Below are positions 1 to 17,465 of a DNA stretch of 64,000 nucleotides, piece after piece. Every line of letters begins with the position of its first letter. The first letter of the stretch is position 1. The translations under genes and the position numbers were made by a program. The notes beneath the pieces were generated by a model. That model ran no database searches. It had not been told where the DNA came from and saw only the letters and a program-made list of their open reading frames with translations. The stretch lies in NCBI RefSeq assembly GCF_009914755.1, contig NC_060930.1; one strand, written 5' to 3'. This DNA comes from the human T2T-CHM13v2.0 reference genome, Homo sapiens.

Positions 1-166
<166 letters not shown>

Positions 167-252
167 TCAAATAACTGTAACGGGAACAGGAGATGAAACA
201 GGGCTTTTACCAGTGCGATCCTGAAGACAAAGCACAATTAAAGCAATGGCTA

Positions 253-1007
<755 letters not shown>

Positions 1008-1187
1008 TTATGAGAGTGTTTTGAAAAAGTTCACCAAAGCTTTTACAAGGCAAATACCTGGGAAAGCTTCACCAAGGAGTCCTTCTCCACCACAACCATG
1101 CTCCTGCTCATTCCTCTCAACACACAAGGGCAATTTTGCAAGCGTTTCAATCGGAAAGCGTTAGACATCTCGGTGTGGCTCCTATAA

Positions 1188-1460
<273 letters not shown>

Positions 1461-1463
<3 letters not shown>

Positions 1464-1744
1464 CACACCTGTAATACCAGTACTTTGGGAGGCTGAGGCA
1501 GGCAGATCACTTGAGGTTAGGAGTTTGAGACCAGCCTGGCCTACATGATGAAACTCCATCTCCACTAAAAATACAAAAATTAGCTGGGCATGGTGGCAGC
1601 TTCCTGTAATCCCAGCTACTCGGGAGGCTGAGGCACGAGCTTGAACCTGGGAGGCGGAGGTTGCAGTGAGCCGAGATCACTCCACTGCACTCCAGCCTGG
1701 GCAACAGAGTGAGACTCTATCTCAAATAAATAAATAAAATAAAT
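1461..1744 (+). mobile_element. AluS-like element lacking its first ~13 nt
   Basis: Starts gctcacacctgtaat, ends in (AAAT)n tail. Confidence 0.93.
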
Positions 1745-2949
1745 TTAAAACTATTTAAAGGGGAGCCATTTTTCTTCAGTTAATAACATTAAAAAGACTG
1801 CATTGACACACTTAAACTCCCAGGACGCTCAGTTCTTTAGGGATGGACTACATGGCTGGTATCATCACTTACAGAAGTATTTTGAACTCGATGGAGCTTA
1901 TGTTAAGAAAAAAGTTTATGTTTTTTATTTGTATCTTTTAATCCCATTTTTTCACAAACTTTATGAAGTCCCCTCATACATGCACAGTCATAGAAATATA
2001 CATAATCATAGGTAACCACTCCCCTCACTCTGGACATGTAAGCTGGTCCTAATCTTTCTCTACTGTGTCCAATGCTGCAGTGAATATCCTCTATAGAAAT
2101 GCTAAGGGCAGGTTTTAGTCACGGGACTGGGGAGCACACACGGGAATGCCAGTGCCTGGGAGCAGAGGGGCAGTGAGAAGACAGTGTCATCCACCAGGGA
2201 AACCCGAAGAACGTGGAGACCGAGGGCACCACAACCTTCCGGGATTGTACAACGTGGCCTGCAGCTGGCCCTCACTGAGTGGCACGTGAGATGTGACAAG
2301 CAGGTGCTGTTTGCTGGGTAGATTAACTGCATGAGTGCCATCTTCCCTCTATAAAAATCGCTCACATTCTGTGACGGATCGACAGCCTGCACTGTTGCCT
2401 CTGAGAGTGAGCTGTGCCCACAGCCCCCACGGGCGCTCCTGTGCACCGCTGGGACATAAAAGCCCACACCCTGGCCACAAGTGCCAGGGCAAAGTTTGGC
2501 CTGACACGAAGGCAGACATTTATGGACTGGATATGCGGGAGAGGTAGCCCAGCAAAAAGACTGCCCAGTGGAGACCTTCTACACTGGACAGTGACTTACC
2601 AAGCCCATCAGACTGTCTCTCACGGGGCTGCCTGAAAACCAGAGGACCACAAAGTGGGCCACAGGCAAGGGCTACATAGGAGAAGGTAGTGGGCAGAGGC
2701 CAGGAGGTGGAAGCCAGGAGGTAGCAGAAGACATCAGGCAGAAAGGATCCATAATTGGCCTTGGCCTGAGCCTCCAAGGACTCCAGAAAGAGGTTCTTCT
2801 CCTCCAGGAGGGCTGCTCTTTGTCTGCTGAGGCCCTCCCCGGCTTCCCACCCTGCTGCTTAGCTTTACAATAAAGCCTCATCACTGGAGCAACCAGAGTG
2901 GGTCTGTGCTCCCTGCAGCCTGCAGGACCCTCACTGCACATGTGCAAAC

Positions 2950-3145
2950 AGCACTTCACAGTTTACATGGTGCTTTCCCAGGCATTCTCTCATCACAACA
3001 AACGTGGGAGGGAGAACACCTTATCCTCATGTAATAGATGAAGAAACTGATGTTCAGAGAGGATATGAGTCCATTGGCAGGTAGATTAGAGAGGAGAAAC
3101 TCAGAACCAGGTTTGCTGACCTCATGTCCAGGCTGTTTTCATCAC
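2950..3145 (-). mobile_element. MIR fragment
   Basis: MIR core agatgaagaaactgatgttcagagagg. Confidence 0.65.
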
Positions 3146-3249
3146 ACTGAGTGGTCTCCCTTTCCTCCCAGAAGAGGCCTTCACTGTGCTGTGCTACCAC
3201 TGCCGCTAGCCTTCTCTGTTTGAAGGTGAACTGGCCTTAGTTGCTTCAT

Positions 3250-3390
3250 GTGTTTCAACTTGTCTACTGCAACTCAAATGTGGTAATGCATGAGGGCTTG
3301 GTAGTAACATAATGCATGATGGCTGCATAGGTTTTCTGTCCATAGTGTCCAGCACTTGTGAGCATACGGTAGGTGCTCAATAAGTGCTGA
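3250..3390 (+). mobile_element. L2 3' end fragment
   Basis: catacggtaggtgctcaataagtgctga resembles the L2 terminus. Confidence 0.6.
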
Positions 3391-3765
3391 TGGTTCCAAA
3401 TGCAGTTTCGCAAAATGTAGAGGTCCAAATCCCACCCTCCGAGTATGGATTAGGATTCTCTGCAGATTCGAAGAGCTCCCCTAGGAGTCTGATCACATTC
3501 CAGTTTGAAAATCACAGAGAGAAAGGATGCTTATCCAGCCCCCTCAACTCTCAAAAACATAGCCATGAACCAGGAAATTAGCAAAGATATGTAAACGAGC
3601 AACCAAACTGAACCTTATAAATTCCATGCATAAAAGCTGAAGCATCCGAGTCTTCAAGAAACTGCTGTTCCCTCTCTCTGTACCTATAAACCTTTACTTT
3701 ATATGTAATTCTAAGGAGCTTGGTGAGTTGGTTTCTTAGTCCACAGTTCACTGGAAGCGTGCTTA

Positions 3766-4176
<411 letters not shown>

Positions 4177-4322
4177 TCACCACACTCCACGGACAGGGTC
4201 CAACCTTCCAACTTGTGTGCTGCATAGTAGTTAACAGCACAGATTTTGAAGCCAGGCTTGCTGGGTTCAAATCCTGGCTCTGCCACCACTGAGTTGTGTT
4301 TATTATTCAATTCTGTATGCTA

Positions 4323-4933
4323 TCAGGGTGTGGTGGTTCACATCTGTAATCCCAGCACTTTGGGAGGCTGGGGTGGGAGGATTGTTGGAGGCCAGGAGTT
4401 TGAGACTACCCTAGGCAACATAGTGAGACCCCGTCTCTACAAAAAAATATAACAACTAGCCAGCCATGATGGCACGTGCCTGTAGTCCCAGCTTCTCAGG
4501 AAGCTGAGGTGGGAGGATCACTTGAGCCTGGGAGGTCAAGGCTGCACTGAGCCATGACCGCACCACTCCCCTCCAGCCTGGGCAACAGAGTGAGACCCTG
4601 ACTCAAAACAAAAACAAGGCCGGGCACGGTGACTCACGCCTGTAATCCCAGCACTTTGGGAGGCCGAGGTGGGTGGATCACGAGGTCAGAAGTTCAAGAC
4701 CAGCCTGACCAATATGGTGAAACCCTGTCTCTACTAAAAATGCAAAAATTAGCCGGGTGTGGAGGCACTCACCTGCAATCCCAGCTACTCGGGAGGCTGG
4801 GGCAGGAGAATCGCTTGAACCTGGGAGGCGGAGGTTGCAGTGAGTGGAGGTTGCGCCACTGTACAACAGCCTGGGCGACAGAGAGAGACTCCGTCTCAAA
4901 AAAACAAAAACAAAAACAAAAACAAAACAAAAA
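4323..4933 (+). mobile_element. Two tandem Alus (AluJ-like 4323-4617; AluS-like 4618-4933)
   Basis: Two dimers with (AAAAAC)n tails. Confidence 0.93.
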
Positions 4934-5413
4934 CTCTGTATGCTTACCTGTTCCCTTACCCCTTATTCCCCAAAGTGGGGTCCAACAGGACCTGGAAGCT
5001 TATTAGGGAGGCAGAATGTCAGACCCAGAGCAGGTGAATTAGGATCATTACTGTAAGACGTTTATGTGCACATTGGAGTGTGAGAAGCCCGCAATAAATA
5101 ATGTTAAATGAATGAAATTGGGCATTCTAATACATGAAAGTCCCAGGAGCATCAACAGGATAGAGAAGGGTGTGGGAGCAGAGGGCTGGCCCTTGAGGGA
5201 AGGAGAGGAGCTTGATATAAAAAAAGAGAAAGTGCAGGAGGCTGAGCACTCAGAAGGACTTGGCTCAGCCACTTTCCCAGCTGGATTCCTTGGGATTCAG
5301 TGTCCTCATTGGTGCAATGGAGTGGCTGATGCCCACCTTGCAGAGCTGTGAATAGGAGGGGAGATAAGTACAGAAGGCACAGCACAGGAAGGGCCCTCAG
5401 GCTGTCACAGTGG

Positions 5414-5723
5414 CAGGCTCACACCCTCACCCAAAGCCCTGGGGCCAGAGCTTTGCGGTTTCAGAAAGTTCACCCGATGCATGTGCTGACACTACATAAC
5501 ACTCCAGCAGGGTCTGGGCAGTGCCCTTAATTAAACACAGCAAATTTCTGCAGGAAAATGCCTGAGCAGTGAGAGACAACGTAAAGATTTTTAAATAACC
5601 TCACACCAGGTCAGGTCAGGTTTGTGGCCAAATGAGTTTATATCAAACTTGTAGGGGGGAAAAGAAGTCTGCTTTTTTAGAGCTTTTGGTTTTTAGAATT
5701 GCAGATCAGGGAGTGTGAAGCTG
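5414..5723 (-). mobile_element. MER46C-like Tigger MITE
   Basis: Reverse-complement homology to the element at 15565-15929 (ccagcagggtctgggcag; agagcttttggtttttagaattgcagat). Confidence 0.65.
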
Positions 5724-5784
5724 AATGACAAAGGAGGAGGGGCAGCCTTCGATGGGGATGGTAAGGAGATCCCACCAAGCTTAG

Positions 5785-6159
<375 letters not shown>

Positions 6160-6223
6160 GGAAGGAAGGAAGGAAGGAAGGAAGGAAGGAAGGAAGGAAG
6201 GAAGGCAGGCAGGCAGGCAGGCA
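6160..6223 (+). repeat. (GGAA)11(GGCA)5 microsatellite grown from the Alu tail
   Basis: Read directly from the sequence. Confidence 0.95.
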
Positions 6224-6919
6224 GGCCATCAGAGGCCTTTGAGACAGGAGGGACCCTGCCACACGAACAGTAGGAAGTCACCAAGGCTAGGGTCTGAACA
6301 GGAGTATGACCTAATCAAAGACAGAGAGCAACAGATTTGTCAGGCTTGCAAACAAACAGGAAGAGGGCATCCTAGAGTTACCCCATCCCCCGGCCCTACT
6401 TGAATTTCTGAGCCTGGGAGGAAGAGTGGATGCACCTCACATACACACGGCCCTCACCAAAAACACACATGAAAAAGGCTCTCATGTTCTATCAGACTGT
6501 CAGGGGCAGCCCATAGGGCCTTATCTACTACATAGGCACATGTAAAATTATAATGTATTATAGCAAAAAATTAACATAATTCAAATTTTGTGTGCCAGAT
6601 GCCATGAACATGTTCTTTTTTTTTTTTTTTCTGGTCTCTAATTCTTACAGCAGCCCTGTGAGGTATGAATCCTTGTTCTATTTTACAGAGGAGGACATGA
6701 AGGCTCAGGTTGCCCAAGAAAGTCCAGGGTCACATGGTTGATTCATCTAAGGCCAGTGCCTGAGTGCCCTCCATTGAACAACACTGCTAGGCCAGAAGTC
6801 ACTGAGGATGACTGAGGCCAAGGCAAGAAAGGGACAAGTCAGAGGGCTGAGATCTGGAAGACAGAGTGTGTCCTGCAGCCTCAAAAACCCCTGATTCACT
6901 CTTCGGCTCTCCCCTCAAC

Positions 6920-7230
6920 CTTCCTGTACCCTTATGCTTTGGGTGTATCTCTTGTAAACCCCAGAGTTGGGATTTGTTCTTTATCCATTCTGACAATCTT
7001 TATATTTTAATAGGAGCATTTAGTCCATTTATATTTAATGTAATTACAGATATATATGGAATTAAATCTACTCTGTGCTTGCTATTGATTTCATCTGTCC
7101 TATGTTCGTTTTTCTCTCCTTTTTTCCCTTTCTTTTGGTATTAGGGTTTTTTTTTGTTGTTGTTTTTTATGTTTTTCTTTTTGCTATTGAATTTTCCCCT
7201 CTATTAGTTGGGAGGTTATATGTCCTTTTC
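6920..7230 (-). mobile_element. Old L1M fragment covering the ORF2 endonuclease N-terminus
   Basis: Minus-strand translation VITLNINGLNAPIKI*RLSEWIKNK..LQEIHPK matches the L1 ORF2p start (TLNVNGLNAPIKRHRLASWIK..QETH). Confidence 0.85.
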
Positions 7231-7319
7231 TGTTTGACTTTGCCCTCAACTCAATTTTTTGAGAATTAAGTGAGTGTGTGTGTGTAAAGTGTCTTGTACC
7301 ACTAGTCCTATAGCTTAGG

Positions 7320-7530
7320 ATGGTGTTAGGCAGGCCTGGGTTAGAACCCTGACTCTGGCACGTTCTAGCTGTATATTCCTTTTAGCTGCTTTCCCCTAAG
7401 CCTCAGTTTCTGTATCTGTTAAACATGGATGATGGAACCCAATACACAGCTTATTGTGACACTTTAGTGAGCTTACAGGATACCAAGTGTTCTGCCTAAG
7501 AGCACAGAAAAAGGGCTCAACAAATGCTTG
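7320..7530 (+). mobile_element. MIR
   Basis: cctcagtttctgtatctgttaaa core and MIR 3' end. Confidence 0.7.
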
Positions 7531-8882
7531 TCCCCTTCCCCTCTCCAGACTTTGCCTTTCTATGTCCAGGAAGAATTGGCCCTGGATGGAAGCTGCCCAA
7601 GAGCCTAGCTGCATAGCTTGGCTTGACCGCAGGAAACCTTCCCAGAAGAAATCTCTCTGGAATGAGATGTTCCCAGGGTACAAATGGTCTGTAGCATCAT
7701 CAGTGGACAGCACAGCCTCAGTCTGGGAAGTGGGAGGTTGCTGGGAAATTCTGCTGAAATGGAGGAGGGATGGAGTGTAATGATTGGTATCCCACGGGAG
7801 ACTAAAGAAGTGGAGAGGATTGCCCAACAGTGTGTGTGTCTCCAGCCCTGCCCGGGAAGAGGGGCCTGACTGGAGAGTGGCGGCCTCCTCTTCTTGGAGG
7901 CAGGTGTGTCCTCTTGGAGAGCAGAGCAGTGACTCACCAGACTGCCACAGCTTGTTATAAATATCCCCTGAGACACCTAACTCCCTCGGCCCTGGTTCTA
8001 TATTAGCACAAGCTGCGCTCCATTATTCCATAATTAATTAGGTTTCCTAGGCACCTCAAGACTGGAAGAGGGTGTCCCAACCTGCTGTGGACACAAATAT
8101 TACAAACTACATGGCAGCCGCGACCCCCAACTGTGAATCGAAAAACGAGTGCATGTGCGCTCCCTCTCTCTCACTTTCTCTCTCTCTCTCACTCTCGCTC
8201 TCATCTATTTACCTATTTACAAATCAGCTTTGGGTGAATTTTGCAAGATGAGGGCCAGCCAAATGTCCCCTGTTTGAATAATCCTAAAATTTCAGAGACA
8301 GATCCAGTAATCCAAACCAACCTCACTCTCATTTACTTAACCCCTTTGGGGAAACTGAGGCCCCAAGAGGGGATGAGGATCCATACCTCAGAATGAGACC
8401 AGCAGTGGCTGGGTGGGAACTCAAGGCTCCCTGCCTTCCCATTGCTTCAACTCTCAGAGCCCCGGTTTTCTATCTGTGCACAGGGGTAAGTAACAGTGCC
8501 TGCCCTGAAGGAAGACGGTCAGGAGCATTGAATGGAGGAGAGTGAAGGTGCTCCTGAGTGGCAGCCCAGCCCATGAAAGGCCTACAGAAGTACGAGGTGT
8601 CTTCATCTCATCCCTCCTCCATTTTTTCTCTTCCCTGACCAAGATCTTTCTCTGCATCCTTCCATTATACCTGGCAGTGGATACGCATGAAAGATTACGT
8701 TAGAAATTGGATTTCATCAGAAGCAACTCTAGGCTTCAGTAACAACAATAGACACCATCTACTGAACACCTACCATGTGCTGGTCAGTTCCCCATACATC
8801 ATCTCATTTAATCCTCTAAACCCGGGCTGTCTAATATGGCAGTCACTAGCCATATGTGACTATCAAGCACTAGTACAACTGA

Positions 8883-9227
<345 letters not shown>

Positions 9228-9391
9228 TGATAATTCCATTATCAGAAGACTTTTAAAACTTTTAAGTATGTTTGGAACAACTTGGGTATGTGAAGCTACT
9301 GTTTCCACTCTACATTTTGTGAATGCCTAACTGCACATCAAGTATGTCCAGGGAAAATTTAGTGTCCAAATTGGGATGCGCTGTGAGCTTA

Positions 9392-9760
<369 letters not shown>

Positions 9761-9913
9761 TCATTCATTATGTTTTTCATATTGATTAATGCTGATGTGA
9801 CAATAGTTTGGATATTTTTGGTTAAATAAAGTATATTATTAAAATTAATATCATTTGTTTCTCTTTACTTTTTTAAGTGTGCCTAATAGAAAAATTTAAA
9901 TCACATATGTGTT

Positions 9914-10120
9914 GGAAAATCTGGTGAAATCTGAAAAAAGTCTGTAGTTTAATTAATAGTATTGTGCCAATGTTAATTTCTCAGTTTTGGCAAATGTGCC
10001 TTGGTTATGCAAGATGTCAACCTTAGGAGAAGCGGGTGAAGGGTTTACTGGAACCCACTGTACTATCTTTGTAGCTTTTCTGTAAATCTAAAATCATTCC
10101 AGAATGAAAAGTGTAAAATA
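9914..10120 (+). mobile_element. L1MC/MD-type 3' UTR end
   Basis: tgtactatctttgtagcttttctgtaaatctaaaa terminal motif. Confidence 0.7.
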
Positions 10121-10185
10121 CCCCCCCATTACAAATATAATTACATTACATTTCTATTGGAGAAACATGTAACTCTATTATATTT

Positions 10186-10490
<305 letters not shown>

Positions 10491-11919
10491 GACTCTATTA
10501 TATTTCTATTACAGAACCTAAAATAGTTCTTTGTGTAAGAGGTATCCTCATCTTATTGATGAGGAAACTGGTGCTCAAAGAAGTTAAGTAGCTGGGTTTT
10601 GGACCCATCTGTTTACTGTGAAGCCCTTTTACTTTCTGCAATAGTCCCTTCACTTCTACCTCAGTGGCAGGCACCCACTAGATCTGAGAATTTTCTTGCT
10701 GTGGCCTCTTCAGAGGGCACTAGTGTGGGTACGTGGACCCCCTTGCTGTGGTGGGCAGGGGCTAAAGATGGAGAGCAGAGGCAGGAGAATCTGGTGGGTA
10801 CCATTCATGTGGGACCAATTTGAGGTCTAAGGCTGTAGGATAAAGGGGAAGGGCTGGTAGATTCTTGCATTCGATCGACTAGTTGGTTTCTTTGATCTCT
10901 GCCTGACTTTGGAAAGGATCTTAGGAGCATCTGCTGTTGTCGCAAAGAAAAAATTGGCAGGGCTGACAAAGCCTTAGATTCACAGGCACCAAAGGGAAAA
11001 ATAATGGTGCCACAGGGGTAGAGCCAGGGACCTGTGCATGTCCTCGTGTAGGAAAAAGGCAGGAGGCAGCAGGCAGCAGGCAAGCTCTGTTTCCAAGGTG
11101 CCTCATTACACTTCCACCCCTCTAACTTCATACATGGGAATTCTCCTTCCCGATGTAGAAAACCTGCCTCCTGACCTGCAGCCACACAGCTCGGTCACCA
11201 CAGAGCTAGGCAACCCCATTCCTGTCTAGTCCTTCTTTTCAACATGGTCCTGAGACTGCTCCCAGTTCCAGCCCTCCCCAAGAGCAAGAGCACTGTGCTT
11301 GGAGTCCTGAGTACCTGTCTCTCTGCCAGACCTGCCCCCTTCAGCCTAAAAGGCCTCTGCCAGCCAGGGCACGACTCTGCTGCATCCAGAGGGGCCAGAG
11401 CCAGCCCCGCCAGCAAGCAGCACACCGTCTGCGGCCAGCCGCCCACCACCTTCCCACTTCCAGATGTCTCAGAGGAGCCCTGGCTGCCTTGGAGCCCGCA
11501 TGGGCAGCCCTGTCCTGACATGCCCCTGCCCCTTTGCTGCCCTGCCTTGCACTCTGTCTCGCGGCGGCCAGATGTGCCGGCTTTGGTGCTGGCGGCTCTT
11601 AATGAGGTCCAGATGTGCAGCTTGGCCCGGGCCAGCAGCGGCTGCTACCAAAGGAGAGGGAGGCCCTGTGAGGGAGCAGCCAGGCTGCAGCTGGCCGCGG
11701 CGGTGCTGGAGGAGGAATGCTCTGGGAAGGATTCCCACTGGAATGTGGGCTCTCGGGATGTCTCTGCCTAAATAAGGACCTAGCTTCTTCTTGGAGCTGG
11801 AGGCCCCAGCTCCTCTAGGTGCAGCAGCACTATGAAAGTGTCTTCAGCTGTCCCTGGATCCTTTTCTTGACGGCTGGCTTTTTTTTTTCTTTTTTTACTA
11901 ATTTTAAAAGTTATATAGA

Positions 11920-12095
11920 GCCGGGCGTGGTGGCACGTGCCTGTAATCCCAGCTACTTGGGAGGCTAGGGCAGGAAGATTGCTTGAGTCCAAGAGTTCCA
12001 GGCTGCAATGGTGCTATGACTGTGCCTGTGAATAGCCACTGAACTCCAGCATGGGCAACAGAGTGAGACCCCATCTCTTGAAAAAATAAAATAAA
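11920..12095 (+). mobile_element. FAM (fossil Alu monomer)
   Basis: Monomer retaining the 7SL-derived segment gcctgtgaatagccactg. Confidence 0.8.
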
Positions 12096-12337
12096 ATGTT
12101 ATATACAGTGATGAAAGGCAATTTAGAGATCCCAAATAACCTAAAAGACGAAAACAAAGAAGAAAATAAAAATCACCTATAATCCCATGGCCTCAACTAC
12201 TATTAAAGTTCTGGCATGCATCCTGCTAGACGTTTTTCAAATACAAATATACATAAGTTTATTTGTTTAAATCATGCTGCAAAGACTCTCAAAATCTGCA
12301 TTTTTCACTCAACTCTTTCCAGTTGTGTCTGCTACAC

Positions 12338-13042
<705 letters not shown>

Positions 13043-13569
13043 ACATACTTCCATCTTTGTTGTACAGAAACATTCCAAGGAATAGGACTGTTGCTCATGT
13101 TGAAGACCATTTTAAACTCTCAGGTTCTAGGCTACACATGGCTCTTGCCCCAGCTCCTTATTTAATCCTTGCATGCTAGGGAAGGGGTCTACCTCATTAG
13201 CACAAAAGGAGGCATTGAGGAGGATGGGAAGTGTGGTCTGTGAGTCTTTATCCATTTCTTGAGCACTTGTACTACACTGGGCTTGGGGATTGTAGTGAAA
13301 AATAACTTTTCTTGGCCTATCATAAACAACACTGTAATGAACAACTATTATTTTCCAAAGAACCATTGCAACCAGAGAGTGAAACCACATTTGGGGTGCA
13401 GAGAATCTGTTCCTGGGTCACCTATGAGGCCATACAGCCCTGTAGCGCCCCTAGGTGCCTAGCAGGGGGACGGAATCTGTACAATCCCTGAGGTGCTAAA
13501 GTGCAGAATGAAGCTTCCCTGTTTAAGTGGGAATACAGTAAGCACATCACAAGCATAGCTCAGACATGG

Positions 13570-13770
13570 GCAAGACTTACCACTTATGTCTTCCTCCATA
13601 TTCTTCCCTTTGATCCTCACAACACCCTTGTGAAGCAGGGAGTATAGACTTAAGTTCATTCTACAGATAAGGAAACTAAGGCTCAGGGCAGGAGACTTGC
13701 CCAAGGTCGCACAACTAAGTAATGGGGAGAAACTAGACTCCAGTGACACCACTCCATGCCTCTAATCAAC
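13570..13770 (-). mobile_element. MIR
   Basis: acagataaggaaactaaggctcag..acttgcccaaggtcgcac. Confidence 0.75.
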
Positions 13771-13897
13771 ATTATCACCTGATGAACTGCACATTACTGT
13801 CAGCAAAGAATGCATTCCTTCCTTTACAAGGGGCTTTGTCAACATGGGATGTAGGACCCAGGTTTTTTATTTTTTATTTTTTTTAAGAGACAGGGTC

Positions 13898-14203
13898 GGC
13901 TGGGCGCAGTGGCTCACACCTGTAATCCAAGCACTTTGGGAGGCCGAGGCAAGTGAATCACCTGAGATCGGGAGTTCGAGGCCTGCCTGGCCAACATGGT
14001 GAAACCCCGTCTCTACTAAAAATACAAAACTTAGCTGGATGTGGTGTCCCGTGCCTGTAATCCTAGCTACTCAGGAGGCTGAGGCAGGAGAATTGCTTGA
14101 ACCCAGGAGGAGGAGGTTGTGGTGGGCCAAGATTGAGCCTCTGCACTCCAGCCTGGGCGACAGAGCAAAAATCCGTCTGAAAACAACAACAACAACAACA
14201 AAA
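13898..14203 (+). mobile_element. AluS-like, nested in AluJ
   Basis: Full dimer, (AAC)n tail. Confidence 0.93.
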
Positions 14204-14361
14204 ACAGGGTCTTGCTCTACCCATGCTGGAATGCAGAGGCATGATCATAGCTCACTGCAGCCTCAACCTCCTGGGCTCAAGCCATCCTCCCGCCTCAGCC
14301 TCCTGAGTAGGTGGAACTATAGGTGTGCTACCTCCACACCAGCTAATTTTTAAATTTTTGT

Positions 14362-14717
<356 letters not shown>

Positions 14718-15564
14718 TCAAACTCCTGGCCTCACGTGATCCCCCGGACCCGGACACTTTGATTGGGAGTGGAGGAAAGAGCCCAAAAGGTCTGGAGCCT
14801 GTGGCCTGAACCTCAAGGCCACTCCTGGCTGTGTGTGTGTTTTCTTTGGTGGGGAGGTGGGGTGGAGAAGGGAGGGAGGAAATGAAAAGAGAGCTCTTCA
14901 GAGAGGAGCAATACAGTCATAAATAGGTATCACTGTCAGGGAGCAGCTCTTATTCATCTTTGCATCCCCAGCGCCTTGCACATAGTAGATGCTCCATGCA
15001 GGCTCCTAAACTGAAGACATAACCCCCAGCCCCTGGGATGATCTCTCCCGTGCTCAGTCCTGCATGGAGACCTGTGTGTATTCTCTTCTTGGCTCCCCTC
15101 ACACTCATCCTAACTTCTCTTGCCCCATCTTTCTCCACACTCTCAATCTCCAATGTCTGCCCCTTCTCACTCCCCTCCCCTGCCAATCACTGAAACGTCA
15201 ATTAATTGAGACTCATGTCCCTTAGAAACAAACTCAGGTCTATAACTGAGGGCTCTAGCTAAGCAATTCTTTGATCTCAAGGACTCTTTCTAGCTGGGGC
15301 TCTAGACCGTATTTAAGTATTAGGTTTCTTTTGAAAATCTAAGCAAAGGTAGAGATCCCAGGAAAATACCCACCCAGCAAAGATGTGCCTTCGGTGTCAG
15401 GAGTTCACGTCTGGACCTTCTGAGAGCTGTGGTTGGGAGAGGCTGTCCTGGTGGACAGTGCAGTCCATACCCCTGTGAGGCAGCGGGTTTCTGCAACCTT
15501 CCCTCTGCGTGGGAGACTACTCGGGATTTGTCTCCCACACAGCCAAAGGCTTGTCCAAAACTAA

Positions 15565-15929
15565 CAGGTCCACCATCCCTTATTCTCAATTTCAAAATCC
15601 CTGAACTTCTGAAAACCATATGATAAAACAAGTTTTATCATAACACATTTGACTGCAGAACTTAACCTGACATGAACTTATTTGGCAACAAAATGGCCTC
15701 CAACTGACGCAAGGCTATTTACAGCCTTTATTTACACCATTTAGTGTGTGAATATTCATGGACTTTGCTTAAAAATATTTATGTGTTTACCAGGTGCTGC
15801 CCCAGATCCTGCGGTGGGTATTTCATAATATACAGTGTGCGCACCATGGCTTTTTTCTAAACGGTGAAAAAATCTGAATTCGGAAACCTATCTGGCCCCA
15901 AGGGTTTCAGGTAAAGGACTATGAATCTG
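15565..15929 (+). mobile_element. MER46C-like Tigger MITE
   Basis: Imperfect terminal inverted repeats caggtccaccatcccttat / gtaaaggactatgaatctg followed by TA. Confidence 0.7.
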
Positions 15930-15950
15930 TAGCTATAAAAATTTCTCCTA

Positions 15951-16280
<330 letters not shown>

Positions 16281-16294
16281 TCACAGGCTTATGA

Positions 16295-16592
16295 GCAAAA
16301 GAAGCCAGGGAACAAATGGGCACCCACCGTATGATTCCATTTATATGAAGTTCAAGAACAGGCAAAGCTGATTGTTGGTGGTAGATCAGAACAGCGATTA
16401 CCTGTCGGGGGCGAGACTGATGGACAGGAGGGAGGTGAGGGAACATTTTAGGGTGCTGGAAATGTTCCGTATTCTGATCTGGGTGGAGATTGCATGGGTA
16501 CATACATATGTAAAAATTTATCAAGCTGTACAGTAAAGATGAGTGTGCTTTGCTGTGAGTCTGTTATACCTCAAAATAAAAGTAAAAATAAA
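16295..16592 (+). mobile_element. L1ME-type 3' UTR end
   Basis: tatgattccatttatatgaagttcaagaacaggcaaa ... gttatacctcaaaataaaa. Confidence 0.8.
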
Positions 16593-17465
16593 ACTTACGG
16601 GAATACATTATCTCAAATTAAGCAATAAGAAGCTGCTCCCTTGGCACTCCAACCCACCCTGCGATATCTTCTAACTTCCCAACAAAGCTTAAATTAAAAT
16701 GATCTTAATATAAGTTTGGCTTTTCTTTAATCCCCAGAAATGAGTTTAACACAAAGTCACTTTTAATGAATATTTTTTAAACTCTGACTTGCCCTCAAGA
16801 AGAATCCATCCCTGGAGCAGATCTTTGCTTTGAAAGTGCTGCAGGATAGCACCCAGGCCTGGTTCCCTTCACCCTCTCCACTCTCAGCACCGCCACCAGG
16901 AAGGATGTCTCCTGGCCCCACTGCCTCCAGGACGGCTGCTGAAAACATACCAGCCAGGCGGCATGCAGGGACCCAGGCCTGGCATCCTACCCGATGTGCT
17001 GCAAGTCAGAACTTGCACCCAACAATATCCTGTAATTGCATCTGATTAGCTGGAATTTGGAATCTGTACTTGAGAACAGCAGGGCACAGGAGACTCCTTG
17101 ATTAAACAGGTCAGAGAACCATACGCTGCTAAGAGGAACGGGGGAGCCTCTTCCCGCAGCAGACTCATTGCTCAACATCTGATTGCACATGGCCTTGTCC
17201 TTTGACACTCACTCCCACAACAACCCTACCCCCACCTTCCTCCCATTTCCTATCTGGGTCCTGGAGCTCAGCCCACTGGGGCCTTGCTTCTCTCTGTGGC
17301 TCCACTCCTGACTGGGTTCAGCCCACACGCCAGCCTTCCCCCGCTCCAGCCACAGGGCTCTGGTCTGATGGCCTCAGGCTGTCCTCGCCTGCCTCAGATC
17401 CTTTGAGGAACAATTCAGGGTATAAACAAACCGACTTACTTGGACTTTTTCCTCATCTTTCTAGC

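Noticed and set aside
2480-2930. Possible old MaLR/ERVL LTR (aataaa..gagtgggtctgtgctccctgcagcc end)
   Set aside because: Only the 3' motif is suggestive; I cannot fix boundaries or family by eye
13443-13470. CTCF-like sequence gcgcccctaggtgcc
   Set aside because: Only four G in the core on the reverse strand; too many mismatches to the consensus
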